Origin: Armatimonadota bacterium
GTDB taxonomy: Bacteria; Armatimonadota; Fimbriimonadia; Fimbriimonadales; GBS-DC
Direction of reading: 5' to 3'
Assembly (NCBI GenBank): GCA_037444405.1
Contig: JBBIML010000007.1
Location: 96,001-160,000, forward strand
DNA length: 64,000 nucleotides
Shown: positions 9,268-18,790 of the stretch, in pieces
Layout: each line of letters opens with the position of its first letter
How positions within the stretch are numbered: the first letter of the stretch is position 1
Program-made: the position numbers and the translations under genes
Notes under the pieces: model-generated
What the model saw: the letters and a program-made list of their open reading frames with translations, nothing else
Told to the model about the DNA's origin: nothing
The model's database searches: none

Positions 9268-10854
9268 TCAACGCAAGCCTGTGAGCGTGATTCCGAACAG
9301 GAGCACGCCGGGCGTGCGTCGCCAGTAGAGGAACGGTTCGATGCAGTGGATGCGCCAGCCGAGAAAGAGCTGGATGTCATAGAGGTCGTTTCGTTCGGTG
9401 TCGTATTTGAGCAGGGCGCCCCAGCGCAGGTTGCCGATCAGCCCTTCGCCGCGCAGGGCAACTTCCTGGCGGGCGGCGATCTGATCCGACTGAAACGGCG
9501 TGCGTCCCTGCATGCGGGTGAGCGCGTAGCCGAGCATCAGCCCGAAGGTCTCGCCATGCTGATAGCGCAGTTCGAGCTGGGGACGCAGCCAGCTGAAAGA
9601 GCGGGTATCGCCGTAGCGCACATGGCTTGCCCACAGGTGCAGGTTCAGCTCCAGAGGCGACGGGCGCATCAGAGGCTGGAGCCATTCGGCTTCGAGGGCG
9701 AGCCGCTGCAGGGTGGGCGTGTGCTGGTTGTCCAGCCGCTCGCGCATGGAACCCCATCGCAGGCTGATGCCGCCCAGCCCTGTGCCCACATTGAAGCCCG
9801 TGCTGATGGCAAGCTCTAAGGGGCGGGAAACACGCAGGCGGGCGTCGCGGGCGAACAGCGGGCGCACATCGGCACTGTGTTCCAGCCGCAGGGTGGTGGT
9901 ACGCTCGCGCAGGGCGTTCCGCTCGCGTTCCGGCGTAATGCGCAGGTTATACAGCGCGCTCGATTCGAGCCGCTGGCTCAACTCTGGCTCGGTCAGCGCG
10001 GGCGTGTCGCCAGCAAGTGCGACAGCGAGCGCCAAGCGCGTTTCTGGAACCGCCCGCGTGTGAACCGCGCCGTTCAGCACGAGCAGCGACTGCGCACCGA
10101 GCGGCAACGCGAGCTGATAGCGAGCGCCAGGTCCGGTGTCAGGGCTATAGGTGGGGGTTGGCAGTTCCAGCGTCTCGCGTCGCTCGCGCAGGTTCAAACT
10201 GATGGTGGGAATGCTTAACAGAGTGCGTCCGCGCCAGCGCAGGCGCGCGTTATAGAGGCGCAGCCGCTGACCCCCGCGCAGGCTGGCACGCGCCGCCTCC
10301 ACCGTGAAGTCGGGATGATCACGGTCGCAGGTGGTGGCGCGTATCGCCTGCGCCTCAAATCGCTGAAGGTCGCCCTCCAGTTGCTGCGCCCAGAGTCGAG
10401 CGGCGACTCTCTCCTGCTGGGGCGGGGTGCCCCAGCCACGAGGCGCGCGTGAGGAAGCAGGCAGAAACAGCACCGCCTGCACATCGGTGAACCGCCCGCG
10501 ACGCTCCTCATAAAAATAGAGCAGGCTCTGACCTCGCAGGTAGCCTTCGGGCGCGAGCAGCTCAAACGGCGCGTTGCCCTGCACCACCGCTTTCGCCGTG
10601 TCCAGCTGCAGAGCTTCCGTGCGCAGCTGACGGTCGCCGTAGAGCAGTTGCACCCTGCCGCGCAGCTCAAGTTGCAACGAGCCGTCCGACTGGCGCACCG
10701 CGCGCGAGTGAAGCGCCCGCAGGGTGAGCGACTGATCCTGCGCCGCCCTGCCGGGGGAGAGGGACTGGTTAGCTCCCTCTCCCCAGAGAGGGGAAGGACT
10801 TAGGGTGAGGGCAATCGTAAGCGGCAGGGCGGTGAGCATCAGCACCGCCCTCAC
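9268..10854 (-). CDS. LptD/OstA-like outer-membrane assembly protein
   Basis: Signal peptide, beta-jellyroll-like N-terminus ('LRGRVQLLYG'), 'ATTCDRDHPDF', beta-strand-rich C-terminus with 'HC'. Confidence 0.65.
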   Translation of the reverse strand: MRAVLMLTALPLTIALTLSPSPLWGEGANQSLSPGRAAQDQSLTLRALHSRAVRQSDGSLQLELRGRVQLLYGDRQLRTEALQLDTAKAVVQGNAPFELLAPEGYLRGQSLLYFYEERRGRFTDVQAVLFLPASSRAPRGWGTPPQQERVAARLWAQQLEGDLQRFEAQAIRATTCDRDHPDFTVEAARASLRGGQRLRLYNARLRWRGRTLLSIPTISLNLRERRETLELPTPTYSPDTGPGARYQLALPLGAQSLLVLNGAVHTRAVPETRLALAVALAGDTPALTEPELSQRLESSALYNLRITPERERNALRERTTTLRLEHSADVRPLFARDARLRVSRPLELAISTGFNVGTGLGGISLRWGSMRERLDNQHTPTLQRLALEAEWLQPLMRPSPLELNLHLWASHVRYGDTRSFSWLRPQLELRYQHGETFGLMLGYALTRMQGRTPFQSDQIAARQEVALRGEGLIGNLRWGALLKYDTERNDLYDIQLFLGWRIHCIEPFLYWRRTPGVLLFGITLTGLR

Positions 10855-10855
10855 C

Positions 10856-11782
10856 TCAGGCTTCCCAGGCGAACGGCTCCGCGTCGGTCAGCACCCGCGC
10901 GGTCTGAATCACCTCGCGCAGGTAGGGTGGGATCGCGAACATCGCGAAGTGGGTCTGCGGATCATAGTAGCGCAGCCCCGTTACACCGCGCGTCTCCAGC
11001 CGCCGCGCCACCTCATCAGGCGTCAGCGCCAGCGGGTCATGCTTCTTGGACGCCAGCACGAAACCCCACGGCAACATAAACGACGCGACGAACGACCAGT
11101 AGGGGCGCACAATCGGGAACACCTCCTGCAGCGTGCGCACGATACAGCCGTACAGATAGGGGTAGAGCGGGTCGCCCGCGCCCGACTGAACCGTCAGCAC
11201 GCCCTCATCGGTCAGCGCGTCATAGACCATCTGATAAAACTCGCGCGTGAACAGATATTGCGACGGTCCCGCCTCCAGTGGGTCGGTCAAATCGGACACG
11301 ATCACATCGAACTCGTTGCGATATTGCGGGATGACCTTGCGAGCGTCGTCAAAGAGGAGCGTCGTGCGCGGGTCAGAGAATGAACCCTGATGCCATTCGG
11401 GCATGTAGCGCTCGCAGTAGCGCACCAGCTCCTCATCGATGTCGACCATGACAGCTTTTTGCACGGTGCGATGGCGTAGCACCTCGCGCAGGGTTGCCCC
11501 CTCGCCCCCGCCCGCTACCAGCACGCGCTGCGGGTTCGGATGCGTGATCATGCCAGGCTGCACCATCGGCTCATGGAACATATACTCGTCCAGCAGCGCC
11601 GACTGGATTTTGTTATCCAAAAAGAGCGACTTCCCGTAGCCGGCTAACTCCACCAGCATCGCGTGCTGGAACTTCGTTTGCGCTATCTGATAGACCTGCT
11701 TCACGCGATAGGTGTACATCACGGCGTCGGTGTGCGTCTCCGATAGCAATAGCCCTCCGCAAGCATGGTGTGCCGCTGCCAT
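10856..11782 (-). CDS. speE: Polyamine aminopropyltransferase (spermidine synthase)
   Basis: 'LDNKIQS...DEYMFHE', 'VLVAGGGEGATLRE', 'MVDIDEE', 'FDVIVSDLTDP'. Confidence 0.93.
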   Translation of the reverse strand: MAAAHHACGGLLLSETHTDAVMYTYRVKQVYQIAQTKFQHAMLVELAGYGKSLFLDNKIQSALLDEYMFHEPMVQPGMITHPNPQRVLVAGGGEGATLREVLRHRTVQKAVMVDIDEELVRYCERYMPEWHQGSFSDPRTTLLFDDARKVIPQYRNEFDVIVSDLTDPLEAGPSQYLFTREFYQMVYDALTDEGVLTVQSGAGDPLYPYLYGCIVRTLQEVFPIVRPYWSFVASFMLPWGFVLASKKHDPLALTPDEVARRLETRGVTGLRYYDPQTHFAMFAIPPYLREVIQTARVLTDAEPFAWEA

Positions 11783-11795
11783 TTTCAGCCTCCGT

Positions 11796-12866
11796 TCAGC
11801 GATTGAGTTTTGCCAGTTCGGCTTTGAGCCGATCGATGTAGTCGATACTGTAGGGGTCGACTTCGTTCAGGTAGGCGAGGTAGAGGCTCACGAAGTCGCC
11901 GAGGTAGGTGAGGGTGAGTAGGCGTTCGAGCAGGCTGTCGCCTTCTGCCCACACTTCATGCCATTCGGCGGTGTCGCCGACCAGCTGGCGCGTAACTTCG
12001 ACGCGCGTGCGGGTCTGCAGGCTCTCGCTGGGGTCGCGCAGCACGACGATGCTGAAGTTTTGCGCCTGTCGGGATGCGCCCACCCAGCCCAGAATCTCGT
12101 TATGATTTAACTCAGGGAATGTGCTGGCAAAGGCGTGCTGTTTGGCGTTCTCGTTGAACTGCCCTTTCCAGCGGGTGGCGACAATCGCGCGATAGCCACC
12201 TGAACCGTAGAGGATGGGTAGTTTGCCCTGCAGCGCGCTGGCTAACTGCTTGGCGGGGTTTTGCTCGCAGGGGATTTCGGGCTGCCAGCGGTCGCGCGAT
12301 TGGGCGAGGCGTTGCAGGGCGCGAGCGCGCGCCGTTTCGCCGTTCGGCAGCAGGTTCCACCGCTCACACAGCACCAGCATCGGCAGGAACAGATAGCCCA
12401 GCGCGGTGCGTGGGGGTTGACCGCCGGGCACCGGCAGGTGGGGAACGCCGTCGCGCCGGGCGCGCGATTGCAGTTCGCCGCCGCTGGAGAGCGCGACGAT
12501 CATCGCGCCTCGCTCGCGCGCCTCCGCGTAGCACGCCAGCGTCTCCTCCGTGTTGCCCGAATAGCTGACCGCAAAGAGCAGCGTGTTCGCATCGACGCAG
12601 TGGGGCAGTTGATAATCGCGCACGACCAGCACGGGATGGTTGCCTTCCGCTTCGAACAGCGCCCGCAGGTAGTCGCCTCCGATGCCGGAGCCGCCCATAC
12701 CGCTGACCACAATCAGGCGTGGCTCGCGAGGCAATAGGGGCAGTGTCCATGCCTGTGCCAGCTCGATTGCCCGCTTGCACTGGGCGGGGAAATCGAGCGT
12801 GAGCGCCATCATGCCGTGCGGGTCCGCCGTGCGCAGTCGCCCCGCCTCATCGAGTGGGTGCGCCAT
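11796..12866 (-). CDS. Bifunctional phosphoglucose/phosphomannose isomerase
   Basis: 'GMGGSGIGG', 'SYSGNTEET', 'QPPR', 'QFNENAK', 'PELNHNEI'. Confidence 0.92.
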   Translation of the reverse strand: MAHPLDEAGRLRTADPHGMMALTLDFPAQCKRAIELAQAWTLPLLPREPRLIVVSGMGGSGIGGDYLRALFEAEGNHPVLVVRDYQLPHCVDANTLLFAVSYSGNTEETLACYAEARERGAMIVALSSGGELQSRARRDGVPHLPVPGGQPPRTALGYLFLPMLVLCERWNLLPNGETARARALQRLAQSRDRWQPEIPCEQNPAKQLASALQGKLPILYGSGGYRAIVATRWKGQFNENAKQHAFASTFPELNHNEILGWVGASRQAQNFSIVVLRDPSESLQTRTRVEVTRQLVGDTAEWHEVWAEGDSLLERLLTLTYLGDFVSLYLAYLNEVDPYSIDYIDRLKAELAKLNR

Positions 12867-12875
12867 CGGTGTGCC

Positions 12876-13160
12876 TCACTGGGCAATATAGGGCAGCAGC
12901 GCCAGCTCCCGCGCCCGCTTGATGGCTAACGCCAGCTGACGCTGGCACTTCGCGCAGGTGCCCGTCTGGCGCCGCGGCAGAATCTTGCCCCGATCGGAGA
13001 TGTAGCGGCGCAGGCGCGCTACATCCTTGTAATCGATGGGCTTCCGCTCGATACAGAAGGCGCACGCCTTGCGCTTGTAGCGCACGCGCCGCACCTTCGC
13101 ACCTAACTCCAGCTCCTCATCCAGTTCCTTCTTCTCCAGCTCCAGTGGTTCGGTTGCCAT
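12876..13160 (-). CDS. rpsR: 30S ribosomal protein S18 (Cys-containing form)
   Basis: '[48 protein letters not shown]'. Confidence 0.97.
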   Translation of the reverse strand: MATEPLELEKKELDEELELGAKVRRVRYKRKACAFCIERKPIDYKDVARLRRYISDRGKILPRRQTGTCAKCQRQLALAIKRARELALLPYIAQ

Positions 13161-13247
13161 TCTTTAAACCTCCAGCCTTGTCTGGCGAGGTGAGATTGTA
13201 CCCCTCTGTCAGGCGGGGAAGCGCTATTCCCTTCAGTGTCCTGATAT

Positions 13248-13796
13248 TCACGGCATTTCGGCGAAGGGGTCGCCCTCGACTTCGAAATCCTCGTCCATCA
13301 GCTCTTCGGGGATTTCGAACTCTTCTTCGGGTTCAGGTGGGGAGGCGGGCGCAGGGCGTCGGGCGGCGGCTCCCTGCGCGGGCGTAACAGCGGTTGCCGA
13401 AACAGGTCGCGCCGCATCGCCCGATTCGGTGGTTTCAAAACCTGCTTCAGGCGCCCCGGCGGCTGGGGTTACCTCCTCCTCGCGCGGGCGATCCAGCAGG
13501 CGCACGGTCTCCGCCACCACCTCGTACGCCTTGCGGCGGATGCCCTCCCGATCGGTGTAGGAGCGGCTCTGGAGGCGCCCCTCCACCAGCACCAGTCGCC
13601 CTTTGGTGGCGTAGTTCGCCAGGAAGTCTGCCTGCTGGCGAAAGGCGACGAAGTCGAAAAAGTCCGCCACCTCCTCGCCGCCGCTGCGTCGGTTGACTGC
13701 GATCCCGCATCGCACCAGCTCAACGCCATCGGGCGTGGTGCGCAGCTCCGGATCGCGAGTGAGACGACCTATCAGAATGATGCGGTTGTAGTTCAT
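13248..13796 (-). CDS. ssb: Single-stranded DNA-binding protein
   Basis: 'NRIILIGRLTRDPELR', 'KGRLVLVEGRLQSRSY', acidic tail 'EGDPF'; located between rpsF and rpsR. Confidence 0.95.
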   Translation of the reverse strand: MNYNRIILIGRLTRDPELRTTPDGVELVRCGIAVNRRSGGEEVADFFDFVAFRQQADFLANYATKGRLVLVEGRLQSRSYTDREGIRRKAYEVVAETVRLLDRPREEEVTPAAGAPEAGFETTESGDAARPVSATAVTPAQGAAARRPAPASPPEPEEEFEIPEELMDEDFEVEGDPFAEMP

Positions 13797-13807
13797 CGTA
13801 TACCCCC

Positions 13808-14131
13808 TTATATCTGCGCGAGGGCAGCCACCTCTTCCGGTTCGAGGCGGAAGATTCGGAAGCGCAGGATGCTCTCGGTGATGCCCAGCACGCGGCGCAG
13901 CTCCTCTGCCGCCGCGGGGGGACCTTCGAACCGAAACAGCAGATAGATGCCCTCGTTCACATGCTTGATTTCGTAGGCGAGCTTGCGTCGGTCCCAGACA
14001 CGCGCCTCCACCACGCGCGCGCCCTGATTCTCCAGCAGGGTGCGGAACCGCTCGATGAGCGCATCCACCGCCTCCTGCTCCGTGTTGCCCGGCACAATCA
14101 CCATCGTTTCGTAGAATCGCGGTTTGATCAT
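13808..14131 (-). CDS. rpsF: 30S ribosomal protein S6
   Basis: 'YETMVIV', 'WDRRKLAYEIK', 'EGIY', 'ILRF'. Confidence 0.95.
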   Translation of the reverse strand: MIKPRFYETMVIVPGNTEQEAVDALIERFRTLLENQGARVVEARVWDRRKLAYEIKHVNEGIYLLFRFEGPPAAAEELRRVLGITESILRFRIFRLEPEEVAALAQI

Positions 14132-14203
14132 TCGTACCCTCCTTCGGACCGTTTGGGACCCGCGCTGGGGTCAGAAGGGTCCGCTCTGTGCGCTCGATTA
14201 TAC
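14132..14203 (-). promoter_or_regulatory. rpsF promoter (-10 TATAAT) and candidate S6:S18 autoregulatory leader
   Basis: Minus strand GGGTATAAT, then ACCCTTC...GACC/GGTC...CCG-AAGGAGGGT: an anti-SD helix with CCG immediately 5' of the SD. Confidence 0.55.
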
Positions 14204-14443
14204 CCCATCGTCCGTTTTCAACTCTTTGAGAAGTTGTTCGACCTGCTGGTGCATGCGCGCCTGCGTGCGCGGGTCGGTTTCGAAGCTCACCACCAGCCAG
14301 TGTCCCTCGCGCGTGCTGGGCGGGAGCCATTCGAGGGGCACGAGCCACTCGAAGTAGTCGCCCTCGCGCCAGCGTACAATCAGCACTGCTACACGCTCGC
14401 CACTTTCCAGCGTTTGCACCCTGTCTACAAAGGCATGAATCAT
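14198..14443 (-). CDS. DUF3006-like small protein
   Basis: 'AFVDR...AVL...VPLEWLP..REGHWL' followed by a C-terminal helix. Confidence 0.65.
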   Translation of the reverse strand: MIHAFVDRVQTLESGERVAVLIVRWREGDYFEWLVPLEWLPPSTREGHWLVVSFETDPRTQARMHQQVEQLLKELKTDDGV

Positions 14444-14448
14444 CCCAT

Positions 14449-16170
14449 TTACCTCCTCTGCCGCAGCCAGCTGCGCAGTCCGGGCAGCGGGCGCGTGTTA
14501 AGGATTCGCTCTGGTGTCAGCCATCCCCGCTGGGCAAGTCCGACCGCCAGTTCCATAAAGCGCAGGTCGCTGACGGTGTGGGCGTCGGTGCCGAGCGCGA
14601 CGGCAGCGCCGCTTTCGTTCAGCAGGCGCACGAGCGGTGTGGGCGGGTCCATGCGGGTGTAGTAGCCATTGACTTCGACGGCTTTGCCCAGCTCGGCGGC
14701 GCGGGCGAAGATGCGCTCCCAATCGGCTTCGTTCGGTTCACGCTTGCCGAAGCGTCGCCCTGTCGGGTGCGCCAGAATATGCACGGCGGGATGCTCCAGT
14801 GCGCGCAGCAGGCGGCGCGTCATCACCTCTGGCGGCTGACCGTGTGTGTGATGCACGCCCGCCACCACGATCTCCGCCTCGCGCAGCAGCTCGTCGGGCG
14901 CGTCGAGGCTGCCATCGGCTTCAATATTGACCTCCAGCCCGTTCAGCAGGTAGGGTTTGCCCCCGAACCGCTCGTTGAGCTGCTCGATCTCGCGCTGGCG
15001 GCGGCGGAACACTTCGCGCAACTCGCCATGCCAGAGCAGCATCTCCACATGGTCGGTCAGTGCGAGGTATTCGTAGCTAAGCGATTGGGCAGCAGTCATC
15101 AGCTGTTCGGTGGAGCTGCGCCCGTCCGACCATGGCGAGTGGGCTTGCAGGTCGCCGCGCACCTGTTCGAGCTGGATGAGCGCGGGCAGTGTGCCCTGCT
15201 CGGCGGCTTCCAGCTCGCCCTGATTCTCGCGCAGGGTGGGCGGTATGTACGGTAGCCCCAGCGCAGCGTACATCTCTTCTTCGGTGAGGCTGGCAACGCG
15301 CTCCACACCGCGCCACACGCCGTACTCGTTCAGTTTCAAGCCCCGCTCGATCGCCCGCTCGCGCAGGCGGATCGAATGCGGTTTGGAACCCGTGATATAG
15401 AGCATGCCCGCGCCCCAGCTGTCAGGCGGCACAATCTTGAGATCCACCTGCAAGCCGTCGCTCAAAAACACCTGGGCGCGATTCTCGCCCCGCGAGAAGA
15501 CCTCCGTCACGCCGGGCATCCGCACGAATGCCTCAATCACGACCTCGTTCTGCTCGCTGGCGACCAGATAGTCTAAATCGCCGATGGTCTCCTGCATACG
15601 GCGCACAGAGCCGCCCAGCAAAGCGTTCTGCACGCCGGGCAGCTGGCGCAGCCATTCCAGCCGTTCGCGCCCCAGCCACAGCACCGACCCCAGCGGACGC
15701 CGCACGCGCGACTTCTTAACTAAATCTAACAGATGCAGCAGGCGCTGGCGTTTCTGCTCGCCGAAGCCGGGCAGTTTCAGCACCTGCTGGCTCTCCAGCG
15801 CGCGCTGCAGGCTGGCTAAATCCTGCACGCCGAGCCGCTCAGTCAGCAGGCGAGCGGTCTTCGGACCGATGCCGGGCACCGCCATCACCTCCAGAATGCC
15901 CGCTGGCACCTGCGACAGCAGCTGCTGATGTTTGGGAATCGCGCCCGTCTCCAGATAGGTGAGGATCTTCTCGGCGATTGCGCTGCCAATGCCCGGAATC
16001 GCCTCCAGCGCTTCGCGCCCCTGCTCGGCGAGGGTCTCGATGGGGGTCTGCATCGTCTCTAACAGGCGGGCTGCCTGACGATAGGCACGCGATTTGAACG
16101 GATTATCGCCCACATAGTCCGATAAGTCCGCCAGCTCCGATAACAGTCGTGCCACCTCGCTGTTCCGCAC
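14449..16170 (-). CDS. polX: DNA polymerase X with PHP 3'-5' exonuclease domain
   Basis: 'NPFKSRAYR', HhH 'IPGIG', 'GSVRRMQETIGDLD', 'GDLQAHSPWSDG', 'LAHPTGR', 'GTDAH'; GTG start. Confidence 0.93.
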   Translation of the reverse strand: MRNSEVARLLSELADLSDYVGDNPFKSRAYRQAARLLETMQTPIETLAEQGREALEAIPGIGSAIAEKILTYLETGAIPKHQQLLSQVPAGILEVMAVPGIGPKTARLLTERLGVQDLASLQRALESQQVLKLPGFGEQKRQRLLHLLDLVKKSRVRRPLGSVLWLGRERLEWLRQLPGVQNALLGGSVRRMQETIGDLDYLVASEQNEVVIEAFVRMPGVTEVFSRGENRAQVFLSDGLQVDLKIVPPDSWGAGMLYITGSKPHSIRLRERAIERGLKLNEYGVWRGVERVASLTEEEMYAALGLPYIPPTLRENQGELEAAEQGTLPALIQLEQVRGDLQAHSPWSDGRSSTEQLMTAAQSLSYEYLALTDHVEMLLWHGELREVFRRRQREIEQLNERFGGKPYLLNGLEVNIEADGSLDAPDELLREAEIVVAGVHHTHGQPPEVMTRRLLRALEHPAVHILAHPTGRRFGKREPNEADWERIFARAAELGKAVEVNGYYTRMDPPTPLVRLLNESGAAVALGTDAHTVSDLRFMELAVGLAQRGWLTPERILNTRPLPGLRSWLRQRR

Positions 16171-16223
16171 GCCACGATTCTACCTGATGGCGGGTATACT
16201 GCTTGCGATTGGAGGCAACAGCG

Positions 16224-16814
16224 ATGACGATTAAGGAGCAACTGGACGCGATTGTGGAGCGATGGAACCTGCTCAATCATCCGTTCTATCAGGCGTGGAG
16301 CGCGGGCACCCTGCCAGTGGAGTCGTTGCGCGACTATGCCTGTGAGTACGGCGCGTTCATCTGCGAGCTGCCGGCGGGCTGGCGCGTGCAGAACGATGTC
16401 GACACCGCCCATGAAGAGGAGGAGCATATCGAACTGTGGGCGCAGTTCGCGACGGCGCTGGGCACCACGATTGGCGAGGCGGGGCGACCTGCAGTGCGCC
16501 AGCTGGTGATGACCGCGCGCGAGCTGTTCGCCGAGCCAGCGACCGCGCTCGGCGCGCTCTATGCGTTCGAGGCGCAGCAGCCTGCCACCGCCCGGTCGAA
16601 GCTGGATGGGTTGATCCGCCACTATGACCTGCCCGACGGCGTGCGACCCTACTTCGAGGTGCATGCGGCGAACCATCACGAAGCGGAAAAGATACTGGAG
16701 CGATTAAACCGGCTCAGCCCCGAAGCGCAGGCGCGCGCGCTGACCGCCTGCGAGCAGATGGCGCGTGCCCTCTGGAACGCCCTCACTGACCTGACGCCAC
16801 CCGCGGCGGGTTAA
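16224..16814 (+). CDS. CADD/PqqC-like heme-oxygenase-fold diiron enzyme
   Basis: 'LLNHPFYQAWSAGTL', 'EEEEHIELW', 'ALYAFEAQQP..ARSKLDGL..HY', 'YFEVH'; RBS GGAGG. Confidence 0.8.
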   Translation: MTIKEQLDAIVERWNLLNHPFYQAWSAGTLPVESLRDYACEYGAFICELPAGWRVQNDVDTAHEEEEHIELWAQFATALGTTIGEAGRPAVRQLVMTARELFAEPATALGALYAFEAQQPATARSKLDGLIRHYDLPDGVRPYFEVHAANHHEAEKILERLNRLSPEAQARALTACEQMARALWNALTDLTPPAAG

Positions 16815-16825
16815 GCGAGGTTTGT

Positions 16826-16905
16826 CCCCTCACCCGTACCCTCTCCCCCGCAGTCGGGGGAGAGGGCGGATGAACTCCCTCTCCCCTCTGGGGAGAGGTT
16901 TTTTT
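16826..16905 (+). terminator. CCCTCTCCCC/GGGGAGAGGG repeat element forming an intrinsic terminator
   Basis: Two hairpins; the second (CCTCTCCCC-tct-GGGGAGAGG, 16878-16898) is followed by T7. Confidence 0.75.
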
Positions 16906-16983
16906 CATTAAGTCCCTGTGCGTTTTACCTGCATCGGGGTTCCCGCGCTATGGAACGACTTGCTCCAGGAGGGAGCGACCAGA

Positions 16984-18729
16984 ATGAGACGCTTTTGGGG
17001 AGTTCTGCTGAGCTGGGCGATCTTCACAACGCTCTGTGCGGACGAAACTGCCGCCACGCGCACGCCGCACGGTATGCTCTGGGCGGGCACAACCTTCACC
17101 CTGCAGGCAGTGGCGACCTACGGCAACATCGCCAGCAACTCCAGCACCGCTCAGGTGCGCGTCGGGCAGGTGTACCACTGGCAGATGCAGATGACCTCGC
17201 CGCGGGGCGCGAGCGTGCCTTCAGGGGACGCCCTTTTTCGATTCCAGCTGACCAATCTGGGCAACGGCTATGACAGCCCTCGTTTCGAAGGCTGGCATCT
17301 GGAACTGACAGAGACGCGCGTGTGGCAGGTGAGCCTGTTTGAGGATCGGAACTCGAACGGCATGCCCGATGGCAGTGAGCAGATCAGCAATCAGGGCAGC
17401 TTGCTGTCGCCTGTGGGTGTGATGGGCTATGTCTTGCGCATGCGTCCGCCTTCTTCCTCAACCCCCACCGATGGCGCGTGGGCAGGCGTGGCGGTTCGCT
17501 CCTTCGCCATAATGGGCGGTTCCCTGATTGCCGACTATGTGGCGGGCGTTCTTCGTGAGCTCTGGTATCAAAGTCGTGGCAGTTGCCTCAGTGGTCAATC
17601 GATGCTGGTTCCAGGGGTCTATGTTGCGGGTCGCGCGTTCTGGATGGGCACCGACAGCAACAACATCACCCGCCTGTTCTACACGCCGAACCGCCTCGAT
17701 CAGGCGGGCGGCACCTTCAGTAGCAACCGTGCCACCTATGGGCGTGCGCTCAACTTCGTGCCCGATGGCTGGAGCGTGGCGGTGGACAACGGCTGGTTCG
17801 TGGGCACGAGCGATGGGCGACTGTTACGGATTGACCTGACCCGCATCCTGAACAACGACACCAGCGCCGACCCGTATCAGCAGGTGAACTTGCCCAACGG
17901 GGTTCAGGCGCGTCGCGATTTACAGCCGATCATGTATCGCTCGCGACTGTATCTGGTCGGCAGCGATAACCGGGTGCATGTTATCTCTTCGGCGGGCACA
18001 TGGCTTTCACAGAGCGCGCGACCGAGCAGCGCGGTCGGCACTATTTCGTGCCCACCGCTGCTGACTAGTCGCGCGATTGTGGTGGGCACCTCGCAGGGCT
18101 ATGTGGTGGCGTTCGATCTGGTTACGGGCGGGATTCGACTGGCGCGTCAGGTGGCGACGGAGCCGATTAAAAGCCTCGCGGTAACCGCCGATGAGCGGCT
18201 GTTGCTGGCACAGATTGGCTCCGCGCGCATCGTGGCGCTCACCGCGCTGCAGGGCACCACCTACTGGACGGTCAGCCTGCCCGATGTGGTGGTCTCCCCG
18301 CTGGCGTACGAGCCGGACACGGATCTGGTGCTGGTGCTGACCCGTTCGGGCTGGCTCTATGCGTTCAGCGGTTCAACCGGCATGCTCGCATCCTATTATC
18401 CGCAACAGGTTTTCAGCGGTCAGCCGCTGGAGCGAGCCACGATAGCCACACTGCGTCGCACCGATCGCAAATCGCCCTATGCCTATGTGCTGGCACAGCA
18501 ACGAATCAGCGGCAGCAGCGCCACGCAACCCCGCATGGCGATGGTCACAGTGAGGAACCCCTATAACCGCTATGAGGCACCTGAATCGGCGCTGGGTTCA
18601 CAGGCGGACTACCTGCCCGCTATCCGCTTCACCGGCGACGCCATCGGGAGCTTCTGCCTGGTGTTCCAGAAGCAGGCGTACACGGGCACAACGACTCAGG
18701 GGCTTGTCGTTGCGTTCCCTGTGCTGTAG
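16984..18729 (+). CDS. Exported protein with Ig-like N-terminal domain and PQQ-like beta-propeller repeats
   Basis: Signal peptide, 'FQLTNLGNGYD', repeats such as 'VGTSQGYVVAFDLVTG' and 'LTRSGWLYAFSGSTG'. Confidence 0.7.
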   Translation: MRRFWGVLLSWAIFTTLCADETAATRTPHGMLWAGTTFTLQAVATYGNIASNSSTAQVRVGQVYHWQMQMTSPRGASVPSGDALFRFQLTNLGNGYDSPRFEGWHLELTETRVWQVSLFEDRNSNGMPDGSEQISNQGSLLSPVGVMGYVLRMRPPSSSTPTDGAWAGVAVRSFAIMGGSLIADYVAGVLRELWYQSRGSCLSGQSMLVPGVYVAGRAFWMGTDSNNITRLFYTPNRLDQAGGTFSSNRATYGRALNFVPDGWSVAVDNGWFVGTSDGRLLRIDLTRILNNDTSADPYQQVNLPNGVQARRDLQPIMYRSRLYLVGSDNRVHVISSAGTWLSQSARPSSAVGTISCPPLLTSRAIVVGTSQGYVVAFDLVTGGIRLARQVATEPIKSLAVTADERLLLAQIGSARIVALTALQGTTYWTVSLPDVVVSPLAYEPDTDLVLVLTRSGWLYAFSGSTGMLASYYPQQVFSGQPLERATIATLRRTDRKSPYAYVLAQQRISGSSATQPRMAMVTVRNPYNRYEAPESALGSQADYLPAIRFTGDAIGSFCLVFQKQAYTGTTTQGLVVAFPVL

Positions 18730-18741
18730 GCGTGATCAGCA

Positions 18742-18790
18742 AAGGTCGGGCATGTCGGGGTGGGTTCGACAGGGCGACATGTCCGACCTT
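18742..18790. repeat. Inverted repeat between convergent genes
   Basis: AAGGTCGGGCATGTCG ... CGACATGTCCGACCTT, 16-bp arms with one G-T pair. Confidence 0.7.

Noticed and set aside
13797..14348. 366-aa N-terminally extended SSB from the ORF track
   Set aside because: The extension overlaps rpsF in another frame; the real start is ATG 13796
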